Assembly: GCF_009914755.1 (NCBI RefSeq)
Contig: NC_060947.1
Reading direction: 5' to 3' (one strand)
DNA: 64,000 bases
DNA from: the human T2T-CHM13v2.0 reference genome, Homo sapiens
In this document: piece by piece, positions 40,459-52,012 of the stretch
Layout of the letters: every line of letters begins with the position of its first letter
Position numbering within the stretch: the first letter of the stretch is position 1
Program-made: the position numbers and the translations under genes
Notes under the pieces: generated by a model
What the model was told of the DNA's origin: nothing
The model's input: the letters and a program-made list of their open reading frames with translations, nothing else
The model's database searches: none

Positions 40459-42287
40459 TTACATTTATCTCTCCCTTTAGACTTTGTGCTCTGCAAGACA
40501 TGTCCCTGCTTGTTATTAATTGATCTTTAAGTTATTAATCTAATAACTGCTTGTCACTAGATTGAATCCTTCCCCAGATGAGAACTGAGTTTGAAGGCGA
40601 GCTGTCTTTGAAATGGTCCATGTGCCCAGGAACTATGAGTGAGCGTGAGAGGTTGCTGGTCCCATTAGCATCTTCTTTCCTGGCTTTCAGCCCAAGAAGT
40701 CTATGTGCAGGGTGACCTGCTGCCCTGTCACTGGAGTCCAGGTCCAGCACTGTCCTCCTTTCTGACTTCAGGTGCATTATTTGAGATGCTAAACACAGGG
40801 GCCCATCAAGCACTTCTTTCCAGTCAGTGGTCAACTTGGGAACCAAAGCCTACATCCCCCTTCCAGCACCTTCCTCTTCACTGATGTGTATTTCTACTTA
40901 GGCATCTTGCTGAGTTATTCTGTCCTGGGTGGCTTCTATTTCATCTATTTTGGCAACAGGGAAGATGGGCTACAGAGTGTCAGAAGTCACTATGTTACTG
41001 AAATCACATAGGGTTACCAGGTGATATTCTTGGTGACTCAAAGGCCCGGGTGGTTGGTGGAGTGTCATGAACATTAGCAGAAAATCCAACAGAACCATGC
41101 CTGATCTGGAGTGCCTTTGGCTAAACAGAGCCTCTCGATTACTGCAGGAGACCCCCGTACCCCTGCCACGCTCCCCCTTGTGCAGCAGGTTGCAGAGGTG
41201 AAGAAATGCTGAACCAGCAGAGAGGGTTAGAGTGGTGTCCCACAGGGGTGCACCCAGGCTCAGATTCTTGCCCGCCGCGTGAGGCAGGTAACAGACCTTT
41301 CCTAAAACCTACAAACTGCGCGACAGATCTGTTCCCAGATGTGGTCAGGTTCTCACTCATGTAGGCGAAGCCACCTGCAACATCATGATGATGATGGAAA
41401 CCACAGCGACAGCGCCTATAACCTGCAGTCCTCTTGTGTGCCAGTGGGTTCTGTACACACATGATCCCAGTTAACGCTCCCAGCAATTCCACGATGTAGA
41501 GAATGAGGGAAGGGTCAGAGAAGCAGTGACTTGGTTGAAATCTTGCTGCCCAGTGCGTGTAGTTGTGGAAGGATGCCCCCGACAGGGCCAGATCCCGTCT
41601 CTGGCAGTGACTCACCGCCTGATCTGCAGCAGGGTCCTGAGCCTCACGGGGACCTCACAGGGGGTTGCTGAGCAGGAAGTGAATCCATTCCAAGTGCACT
41701 GTGCTCGGAGGGTAGTAGGTGTGTGGTCCTGCTTTTTGCATTCTCCCTCCATTGTGCTACACAGAAGAGAGAACCAAAAAAGAGTACATGGGCCGCAGCT
41801 TGTTATCCTGTATGCAACAGGCATGTGTCGGACACCTCCTAGGTGTGGGAATGGGGGTGGGGGAGTGCATTGAAGACAGGCAGAGATCAGTGGCTGGTGT
41901 GGGTGTCCAGTGACAGGGCCTGAGGAGCCAGGTGAGGCAGAGAGAAGGAGGAAGAGAGGGGAGGGGAGGGAGTGCAGGGGGGTAAACGACAGGGCAGATG
42001 CAAGCCTGTTGGGCCTCTTTTCTCTGAGAAGGCAGTGGCTCGATTGGCTGCCGAGAAAGGGGTTCTTTGGGCATCCATCAGAGGATGGCTGGGTGTGGAA
42101 GGCCCAGGGGCGTCCTATTTCCTTTGGGACTGTCTTGCCTTATGTCTTGTGATGCTAGTACCCATGCGGCAAACATGACTGGCCCTTAGATGGGAATTTT
42201 CTCTAACACAATCCTCTGTTTAAGCCTCCGAGTTTTCTATTCCTTCAGGCATGCCCTTGATTTGTTGCAAATGAAAATATGTGAGTA

Positions 42288-42729
<442 letters not shown>

Positions 42730-44208
42730 TCACATGCCTGTAGATGGATAATGGGAACTTGATTGCAAGGCGTCCCTTGTCTGATCAGAATTAAATGATC
42801 CTACAGACAGGAAAACGCATGCCAGATGGGTCCTAAGGGTAAGAGAGGAGCTGGTGCCACCTCCCAGAGGCCTGTGGGATCTGCCTTTGCCATCACACTC
42901 CACTCCTGTCCCCTCTGTTCTTCCTGTGGCCTGCCCAAGGGGGTCATTTCTTCTCAGCCCACTGGGTGCTGGTTACTGAGCACCTTGTTATTAGAGGGAC
43001 CTGGCTGCCCCCTTGCGGTCTCGCTCTCATCCTCCTTCCGTCTCCCCCTTCCCTCCAGGACGGCTGATCACCATTGGCACACACGGTGGAACAGCTCAGT
43101 CTTTGAGGGAGTGGGGGAAGGACCTGGTGAAAGATGAGCCAGAGGGCCAGGCTGGGGCCAGACTGCAGAGGGCCTCGAGGCCCCTCTCAGGGCAGGGGGA
43201 AGAAGTCCCTGGAAGGTGTTAAGTGGCCAGTCACATGGCCTGGCTGAGGCTTAGGAGCCAGCCCTGTGGCTGCTGTTTACACATGGGATCAGAGACAAGG
43301 GAAGGCTAGGGAGCTCCCCAGACCCCACCCTGTTTCTCCCTCAGCCCAGTCGGTGACCCCTCACTCTGGTCAGCCTTGCCCCCAGCCAAAGAGCTCCAGG
43401 TGAGAAAAGCTGGGTCTCGGATGTCTGGCCTCCTAGTAGCTGCTGGGGACAGCTTGTTAGGCGAGTGGGTTGGGTGCTATGACTATAAAATAGCAGGACT
43501 GGATGTCCCATATGCCCCGGGAAAACCTTTCTTGTTTATATTCACCCCTGCCCCACAGTTGATGGGTTTAAAAGAGAAAAGCTAATTAAAGGTGAGGCCT
43601 TGCGGTGATGCTGAGCAAGGAGGGAGGGGTTGGTCCTTGGGGAGGCTCCCCACCCCCCTGCCGGCACTGCCCGCTCCGGGGGGCTTCTGGCAGATCCTGC
43701 TCCGGTTGATGAAAACACAGCTTCAAGTTGTAAAAAGTGCTGATTTAACAGAAGGATTTTCAGTCAGCAGAGCTATTTATAAAAATGCAAAAATACAGAG
43801 ATAATGGAGATGCTGGAAAGGGGTCTGCGTGGAAACATTTCTGACGCACAGTCTTTAGGACACTGCTCGTGCCGAGTCTGCACACGGCGCCCTCGGTTGA
43901 TCCATGGTGCGCAGTGTCCCCGTGCCTGCTTGTCTTCTGAGAAACTGTGGGAGCCTCCCCATGGTGCCTTTTCATCCCGGCTCAGCGGCTCGGCCCCCGG
44001 AGCTGCAGGGCGGCCTCAGTGGCAGCCAAAGCTCATGGGATGGGGTCCCATTGTCCACCTGACGCGAGATCGGTCAACGCCTCAGGAGACTTTGGCCGCT
44101 CCAGGAGTCTGGATGGTGAAAAGCTCCTGAAGCCAACAGCATCTCCATGTGGAAACGCTGTGGTAGGAGGATGGCCTGATAATGCAGCTTTGTCTCTGCT
44201 CCCTCCAG

Positions 44209-44373
44209 ATGCCCATTCACCAGAATCTCAAGGAGCTGCTGGCCGTCAGGGCGGAGCTGCAGAAGCGTGTGGAGGGTCTACAGCGGGAGGTGGCCACGCG
44301 CGCCGTCTCATCCTCATCTGAGCGGGGCTCCTCGCCCTCCCACTCCGCCACCTCCGTCCACACCTCGGTCTGA
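44209..44373 (+). CDS. MTMR1: MTMR1 last exon, coding part: coiled coil, Ser-rich tail, class I PDZ-binding end HTSV*
   Basis: ctccctccag acceptor. [28 protein letters not shown]...VHTSV, TGA at 44371-44373. Confidence 0.96.
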   Translation: MPIHQNLKELLAVRAELQKRVEGLQREVATRAVSSSSERGSSPSHSATSVHTSV

Positions 44374-46750
44374 TGGGCGAGGTCAGCCTGCTGCTCCACT
44401 GTCTCCCGGTGGCTCAGGAAAGGGACCTGGCGATCACTGTTATGGCTGTAGCTTGTGATCTTGTCTTTTAGGATTAGGCCCAGGGACCATTTGTGTGGCT
44501 AGGTGACAGCTCCCACTGTTGGCAACCGTTACCCTCCTGTCAGCGGTTTCACAGGGGAGCCGTCTGTCACGCCCACCCTGTGAAGCAACTTCTGGCATTC
44601 AGGCAGCTTGGGAGAAACTAAGTGAACGGAATGCAGTACTGAGGTTCAAGAAAGCTGTACGCCATTTCTTTCCAACTTAAATCCTTCAGTAACAACAAAC
44701 ACCACTCACTTCAAGATGCATTGCCAGCCCCGTGGCTTCCCTCAGCTCTTGGCCACAACTTGAAAACTGTCTTGAATGAAGTACTTGGGGAGAAGACAGG
44801 CCACTGCCCTCTGTTCCACAGTTTTCTTCATGCACGGGGTCCTCCTGTTAACAATTACTGTTGTGTACATATAAGGTATTTTTAGAGAAGAGAAACAGGC
44901 CTTTATTTTCCTATGTCCTTTTTTACGTTTAGAATAGTCACCTGAGGGGGGATCAGCTCAACTGTACTGTGGGAGAAATTCTTTTCCAACAAACCTCATG
45001 CTCGTTTTTCTGTGGTGCAATTTCAAGGGCAACGTGTTCTGTCCTCACCTCACTCTGGTACTCGCCTCTTGGGGCGGCTCAGCCCATTCATGGGGATGGC
45101 ACCAAGCGGCCATGCTCAGTCTTCCAGCCCCGCTGAGGGTAAACCGAGGCCTCTGGCAGCTGTGCACAGGTGCTGGCCTCTGGCTCCTTCAAGGAGCACT
45201 GCCTGTCACTCGCTCCTGGGCTGTCTAGCCATGTCTCCCACCCCCACTTTACCGCAGCCAGCTGCTGGGATCAAAGCAAGTCTGTTCTTATGTTATTTGC
45301 CTGTATGAAATCATTTCTCATTTTATCACAATTCCTTCAACTCAGCTTACTCGCGTGGCTGCCTGTTCATATTTGAAAGCAGCCACCGTGCTGTGGCTTT
45401 GGTTTGGAAAAGCATAGCACGCACTTCCCTTGGTTTTCCCTTCCCAGAGCCGACCGCAGCTGGTCAGCCCTCTCTTCCCGCTCCTGAACCTTTACTTACT
45501 GACTTTGAGCTCTGTGACTCCGTCGGTTCTCGCAGGAATTAACTAACTTACCAATTGGTTCAATCCACTTGAGCGCCATAGCTCTGAGCTCCTCTGTGTG
45601 ACATGCCACAGATGACTATTGCACACCTGGGTCCTGCCCCAGCAGGCCATGCCCCTCCCATGTGCCGTGCCTGTTGCTGCAGCTGCCCCCCCACCCCGCC
45701 ACTGGCTGCAGGAATTCAGCCTTTAGAGGCAGAGGCAGCTGCAGCGGCCCCTGAGGTCAAACCCCAGTGTGACTGCATAGCAGTGTTAGCTGGTTGGTTT
45801 CAAACTACTGGATTCCAGGCAAAGGCCTACAGATTGACCTTATTATTTTTGAAAATATGTTAAGGGTTTTTTCATAGAGAGAGAAAGAATGGATTTTTTT
45901 TTAACTGGGAACCTCCTGATTCTTACGGAAAATTATCCTTCTATAAGAAGATACCAGAGAGATTTATTCAAGGTAATTTGATAACCTAAAATCAATTCTC
46001 CATTTTTTATCATATGTGGGATTTGTTGCTAAGTCGTGTTCAACAATAGCTTTTATGTTCCTAACATATCTGAAAGCTTATTTATGAATGGATATACTGG
46101 ATTATTGATATACTGATTTTTTTTTTAATGGGGACATTTGCCATTTTCTTCCCAGAAATATGTAATCCCCTGGCTGACTAGGACTGTTAAACATAGTGTG
46201 GACTGGATGATGCCTTCGACAAACCAGAGAAGCCAAGTTGGGGGGAGCTGGTGCCTGGAGTGGGCCCTGTGCACCTCACCTGGCGGAGGCTGGGGGGGCT
46301 CTGTCAGCAGGACCCTAGAGGAGACTCTCATTCGATTTTAAAGAAGCACAACGGGTCATTTTCCTTTGTATGTTCCTAGCGCAGAACTGTTTCTAAAACA
46401 ACTTGAAGTATAGTTTTGTTATCTAAGCAATTTTTGTTTTAAGTAAGTAAGTGTACTAGAATGCGAAGCCGTTATGGTTCAGGTTTTTAAAAACTGGTAC
46501 AGTATTGTATCTGTCTCATCTGTTGCACTGTATTTCAATCATCTGTAATTAAAATGATCATATGTTTGCTCCCTGGTCTTTTTTAAGTAAGTAAGTAAGT
46601 ATCTTAGTAGATTTTTCCTTTGAGGAAAATCGGTAATAAAATAACATGGATTGAATGTTTACTGTGCGTCAAGCACAGTTAATATATGATGATGTAAAGT
46701 AACTAACTTTATGTGATTTAATTCATTCAGTAAATTGTAAATGTATCATG
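44374..46750 (+). other. MTMR1: MTMR1 3'UTR (3' end approximate)
   Basis: Non-repetitive sequence after the stop, becoming AT-rich. Poly(A) hexamers ATTAAA 46548-46553, AATAAA 46635-46640 and AGTAAA 46729-46734. Pumilio-type TGTACATA at 44864-44871. Confidence 0.75.
46635..46640 (+). terminator. Candidate MTMR1 polyadenylation signal (alternatives at 46548 and 46729)
   Basis: AATAAA with downstream GT/T-rich sequence. Confidence 0.55.
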
Positions 46751-46756
46751 AGTCTT

Positions 46757-46835
46757 AAGTAAGTAAGTAAGTAAGTAAGTAAGTATTTTGGCTGAAACAG
46801 GAAATACTGATTGATTGATTGATTGATTGATTGAT
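46757..46835. repeat. (AAGT)7 at 46757-46784 and (TGAT)7 at 46808-46835
   Basis: Read directly from the sequence. Confidence 0.95.
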
Positions 46836-47977
46836 GATTGTAAAGTCAGAAACGCCCTCAGCTCTAACCTTGAGAAAACGTGGACGACTTGGGGAAAGGT
46901 CTGGAGACACCTGAGAGGAGCCAGTCAGGGTGATGAGTCCTTCGCATGCAAGTGCAGTGCTCTCTAAGGCCTCAGACTGCCCCCACCCCAAAGGAAGGGG
47001 CGTTCACCTTTTCAGGGCCACGAAGGCCTGGATGAAATCACACCACCCCCTGTGCCCTCTGTGTGTTGTCGGTCTTCTTGTTAAGGGTGTGGGGTCCCTG
47101 TCCCTCTCCACACACGTTACTACTGAGTGAGCCAGAGAGCCCGGTATTCACTGGGCACAGAGGATGCCCAGGGGACTGCTTGCCAGCCAGCCTTCCCCAG
47201 CAGTGAGACCATAGCAGCTAGCCATGCAGAACTCCTGCACGAGACAGGCATATGGTGGTCTCGGGTTTGAGAGGACCTGATGCTATTATTTCACTAGAAG
47301 CCGAGGTTGGCAAAACAAAATGAAAAAACAAACAACCGACCTCCATGTTAAAACCCAGGGTCCACTGCATCTTGTTTGTTTTCATGCTGAAATGCCCTGA
47401 ACTGAACTGTCGTCTTCTCAATTTGAAGCCAACATGCGAGCTGATGAGAAGGACATACTTCATCCCAAACGGGCCACTCTCCATGAGGCTGCAACAAGTG
47501 ACGAGGTGCAGGGCTCCTTTCTCACCCAGCTTTCTGGTTGAAAAACAACTGCGCGTTAACTGGAACCTCCACTGGTTACCAGCCTGCTTGGAAGGCGGCA
47601 GAGCAGTCGACTTGGGATTTGTGAGCCTGGGACTTTTTGCTGCTTCCAGGCCCCGGACTGCGCAACCCATGTAGCCCGGGAGCGGCCCCGCAGCACTCTG
47701 CTCCTGCCTCTGCCCTCTCTAACCCCAGGACATTGGTCGCTCCACATCCCCTGGCCTTAGCTGCTTGTACGGTGAGGAGTCACCCTTGGAAGTCCTGACA
47801 CTGAGCCAGTCACTGAGGGGTAAATGCAAGAATTCTAAGCTTCTCGAGAAATACCTTCAGCTGGGGGCGGGGCGGGGGGAGGGGGAGGAGGGCAGCTCTG
47901 CATCATAAATTACTTACTTTAGGGAAAAGTGGCAACACTTGACCAAGGGCGTGCCTTAACACCATCAGAAGACAAGA

Positions 47978-50676
47978 ATCTGCTCGGTGCCATTTTATTT
48001 AATGCAAACACTAGACAGTTTACAAGTCACACCTGGACACAAGCACGTGAACAGATGTACAGGGAATTCTGGAATTTTGAGATCAGTCCCCATTTCTTCC
48101 TCAGGGCCCTGGCACTGAACCCCAGCCCCTGTCCCAGAGCCTCCCCTCTGGGTCCCACCCCAGAAGCCACGCACACCTCCTTCCGCCCAGCTTTATCTTT
48201 CCTTGAGCTGTGACTTCACCCAGCATGTGCTCAGAGTTGTTACAAATTTTCTCTGCCAAATTAAGCTGACAGAGATTGGCCACTTTCAACCAGTCCTTTC
48301 AGTCCACTGTGTCTCCCCTCTCGCTTGGGACAGGCCCATGCTGGCCAGTGCAACCTTCAGATAGACACATGGTGACCAGAGCCCGCCAGGCTTCTGCAGG
48401 TGGCAGTGTCGAGCAAGTGTAAGATGTCTGTGGGAAGGAGAAGCTCCTGAAATGAACGTTCTGCAAACAGAAGGCTGAGGGGTCTTCCAGGCATGTCCAG
48501 TCACTAGGAGCTGCCACCGGTGGGCTTGAGTGCCAGGCTCTAGGCTTTGTGCAGAAAGCACCCGGGGCGGGGGGCGGTAAGGGAGAGCAAAATGGGTCTC
48601 TCTCAACTGCAGTCAGTGCTCCTGGGAACACGGTCTCACAGACAGCACATATTCTACGTCACAGCTCTAGGGTTTCAAGGACTTAGCCATCCGACAGGCC
48701 TCACCATAAAGGTAAAGTGGACAACCCCTGAGGTCACGCTGTCCAGGTGGCGACAGGCCACGCATGCCAAAATCCTCCATAGCCACCTCCGGCCCAGCAC
48801 CAGCCAGAGGGTGGGGCCATCGGTTCTCGACATACTTGGTATCAGGGAGGGACAAGCCTGACAAAGTTCACAATCTGGCCAATGAGTGTGGGAGGCCCTG
48901 GAAACAGGCCAATCCTGCAAGCCACCCCACCCTTACTAACTTCCTGAAGCATGGGAAGCTTCTCGAGACCAGGCCAAGGTTTCTTTCCTTCATGGCACCA
49001 CGCAGAGGCATTTCTGCAGTGCTGCAGGTCCCCCTTCAGCCACACAGTCCAGGTCTGTCAGGGATTAAAGGGCCGAGCAGGAAAAGGGGTGGTAAGGAGC
49101 TCAAGGGCACGCACTGGGAATGGCCTCACAAGGCAGCCTTGAGACGCACAGGGCTACAACTGACCACCCTCCACCACAGGCATGTTTGCAAAACGAACAC
49201 GAGGCATGCGTTAGACAGATGCATGTGGGGGCTGCAGATTCCAGTGGTTTCCTTAAGAAACTGGAGTTGGCTCATCCCACTCAGCAGACAATCCCGCTCA
49301 GTGGACAGCCTATGAAACGCATGGGGCCATCATGCAGACCAAAGAGGCCCGTGAGTTTTGTAAGATCCTGCCTGTCTGGTGACTCATATCTGCTTTCAGA
49401 AGTGCTTTCTGACACAGCAAACTGACTATCAGTAGACAGGGGCCCTAGACCCTAGCATGTGGTTCTGTCCCGTGAGCCTCTGACAACAGAGCTCACCGGG
49501 ACAGAACCATATGTGGGCCAAAGGAACATTCCAGGAAACCAGCTCTGCTCCAGCCCAAACCAGGCAGCTCCACGCCAGGTGAGGGGCGAGTCATGGGGTT
49601 CCTGTGTTTGCCACGGTGAGCATGGCTCCCCACGCACTCTCCCTCAGAGCAGACAAGTAGGCTGACCACAGAGCTACAAAGTCACCTGCGTTTCACTAAA
49701 CCAAGCGAATGTCTCTTTCCCCTCTCCTCCCCCGCCGCCCCCAATTACATTTTTAAGCAAACAAGCAGGATTCTGGCTTTGATGCTCGTTCTTGACATCG
49801 GTCACTCTTGCTACCAAAACAGGGACACAGGGTGGAGGGTGAGCACCTCTCCCCAACACAGGATAAAACTCATCTCCGGTGCAGAAATGATTGCTAAAGA
49901 CCTTTCTCATGTCAACCCGAAGGCCACACCCAGCCCCCTATGGAATCAGATGGGAAACAGGCCTACGAATTGCTTCATACTTATCCGGAAGATTCCTAAG
50001 CTCTCAAGGCAGGACTATCACGAGATGCATGTTTGTACTTAAATCACTGAAAGCCTCCGCTTGGACCGGCTCTCCGGAAGCCCAGCAACATAAAACCTGG
50101 GATGGGGAAGACTGAAGTGAAACCATCATCCTGGGTGCTGCGTGTGTGTGGTGTTACTTGGTGCTGACCGGTTCGCTCCTTGCAGGGGCTCCAAGTGGGT
50201 GCAGGCTGAGCCCCCCACCTGCAGCTCCTTGAGGCCACTGTCAGGGGCTGTCTATTGGCAGAAACCTGCCACAATGAGCCACTCCAGTGTGCAGGGGTCA
50301 CAGTCCCTTGAGTTCAAACTCTTGTCCCCTAAGCATAAATGTCATCAGGCCTCAGCATCATCTTGGCCCCCGCATCCTGTGCTCAGTAAAGCTGGAGGCA
50401 GGCTGGCTTTGGGAGTTGGTGGCTCAGCAGCTCCCGAGGCTGGTGCTGGCTTTCTATCAGAGCTGGCTCTTGAATTTCGGCACCAAGTCTCAGCACGCTT
50501 GGGGCAGGGCAGAGAAACCAAACTCACAAACACCCAGAGCTCATCCGGGAAACTCAGACCAACAAGGAGCCGATGGCACAGAGCAGCACAGCAGCTGCGG
50601 GTCCAAATGAAGGGGTGGGGGGAGCCGGGTGACAAGCGGTGGCACCATTGTGCATGCCTGCAGCTGGACAGGGCCC
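47978..50676 (-). other. CD99L2: CD99L2 3'UTR (~2.7 kb; end approximate)
   Basis: Unique sequence between the stop codon and the first canonical AATAAA I found on the - strand. Confidence 0.72.
47994..48003 (-). terminator. CD99L2 polyadenylation signal (overlapping ATTAAA/AATAAA on the - strand)
   Basis: + strand TTTATTTAAT. On the - strand it is followed by U/GU-rich TTCTTGTCTTCTGATGGTGTT. Confidence 0.75.
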
Positions 50677-50744
50677 TCAGATCCGGGCTGGTTCGGGCGG
50701 CGGCGGCGGCTCTGCAGACTGCGTGTGCAACGTGGAGTATTTCA
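50677..50744 (-). CDS. CD99L2: CD99L2 last exon, coding part: (V)KYSTLHTQSAEPPPPPEPARI*
   Basis: - strand acceptor ctttttcccctag, phase 1. TGA at 50679-50677. Recognised CD99L2 C-terminus. Confidence 0.95.
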
Positions 50745-51946
50745 CTAGGGGAAAAAGAGGCCGTCAGAAGGAATTCTGCTCTGTCTTGCACAGAAGAAGC
50801 AAATACAGCAGCAAGCCCGTGCTGGGAACAGAACTGGGTTTCCCTTTGTATCCCCTGGGGGGCCGCTTAGCAACCTTCCCTCCTGAGCCTGGGAGCAGTT
50901 TTGGGCCGGTCAAGGGGAGAGAAAGAGAAAGCTGGACAGGCTCTGGAAACAGCTCAGCCTCCATCTCCTCACCTAAAAAATGAGCGTGTTCCTGCCAGCA
51001 CTGCTGGAAGGGTTATTTTAAACAAAGGGCTCAACCTAGCACCTGCCCACACAGATGCTGGCCTCGTGGTGGCTAACCGTGGCAAAGCTCATGACAGTGG
51101 ATGCGACAGCGGAATCCATTTTTCCACATCTGAACCCAGGCCTATTTTAGTTCATTTGGTGCAGCACTGCCACCCGTCTTCAGCAGCATTGTAGGGCACC
51201 TGGCTCCCAGTACACACCACACAGGCTGAGCCCCTCCTGGTCTCCCAGGCCCAGTCCCCACGGCTGCTGCACTGTAGTTCCACTGGCAACACTCGCCTGA
51301 GCTGTCCTAGTCTCCCTGCCTGCGCCACCAGGCCTCGGCTGCTCCCCGACCCCAGCAAGCCTTTCCGGACCTCCTCATTGGCATCCCGTGGGCACAGGTC
51401 ATATCTGCCTCGAGCAGTTGGGCACTCTAGGCCTGTGGCCTGAACTTATGCGACCTCAAATTGCCAACAGCTCCTGAATCCAGAAAGTGCTTGATGACCA
51501 CAGAAGGGGGAGGGAGGGGCACAGGTGTTGACAATAGGGTCTGGGTTTTACCCAAGTTCCCTCTTGCCTGTGGCAATTTGCAAAGGGAAAAGTTCTAGGT
51601 CTAGGTGAAAAGCTTCCCCATGGCTCTGTTCAGGATGTAATTGTATTCGCTGATGGGGAGCAGAGGTGCCTGGGGCTCTGGCTCGGACGGACGAATCAAG
51701 GGCAGGGGCCGAGCAGCCGCAATGCCCAGAAGTCACAGGCATGGCAGCAGATGGCCCTGGCTGTCACCCCAGCATCTTTGGGCTCCTGAAACTGGGAGGC
51801 AGGCTCATCAGGGCAGGCTTTTGCTCTGGCCGGACATTCTAGAAGCAGACGCCTCTGTGCTTCCCTGCTTCTCTAGCACAGTTCTGCTCAGTGCTGGGAC
51901 CAACTAGGAAAGCGTCAGCAAGGGACAGTGAGTACAAAGTTCTCAC

Positions 51947-52012
51947 CTTGGGGTTCCTCACATACCACGGCTTCCAGGTTCTCTCCCTTCACGTAGTCTG
52001 CGTTGAGACCCT
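51947..52012 (-). CDS. CD99L2: CD99L2 exon, (Q)GLNADYVKGENLEAVVCEEPQ
   Basis: - strand acceptor ttttccctttgcag and donor G|gtgaga. 66 nt, phase 1-1. Confidence 0.95.

Noticed and set aside
47830-47848. Adjacent EcoRI-HindIII-XhoI sites (GAATTCtAAGCTTCTCGAG) resembling a polylinker; AAGCTTCTCGAGA recurs at 48956
   Set aside because: No vector sequence nearby, and repeated 13-mers are expected by chance in 64 kb.
50142-50870. 242-aa ORF antisense to the CD99L2 last exon, and many other ORFs in 47-55 kb
   Set aside because: GC-rich sequence yields long stop-free frames on both strands. No recognisable homology or splice structure.
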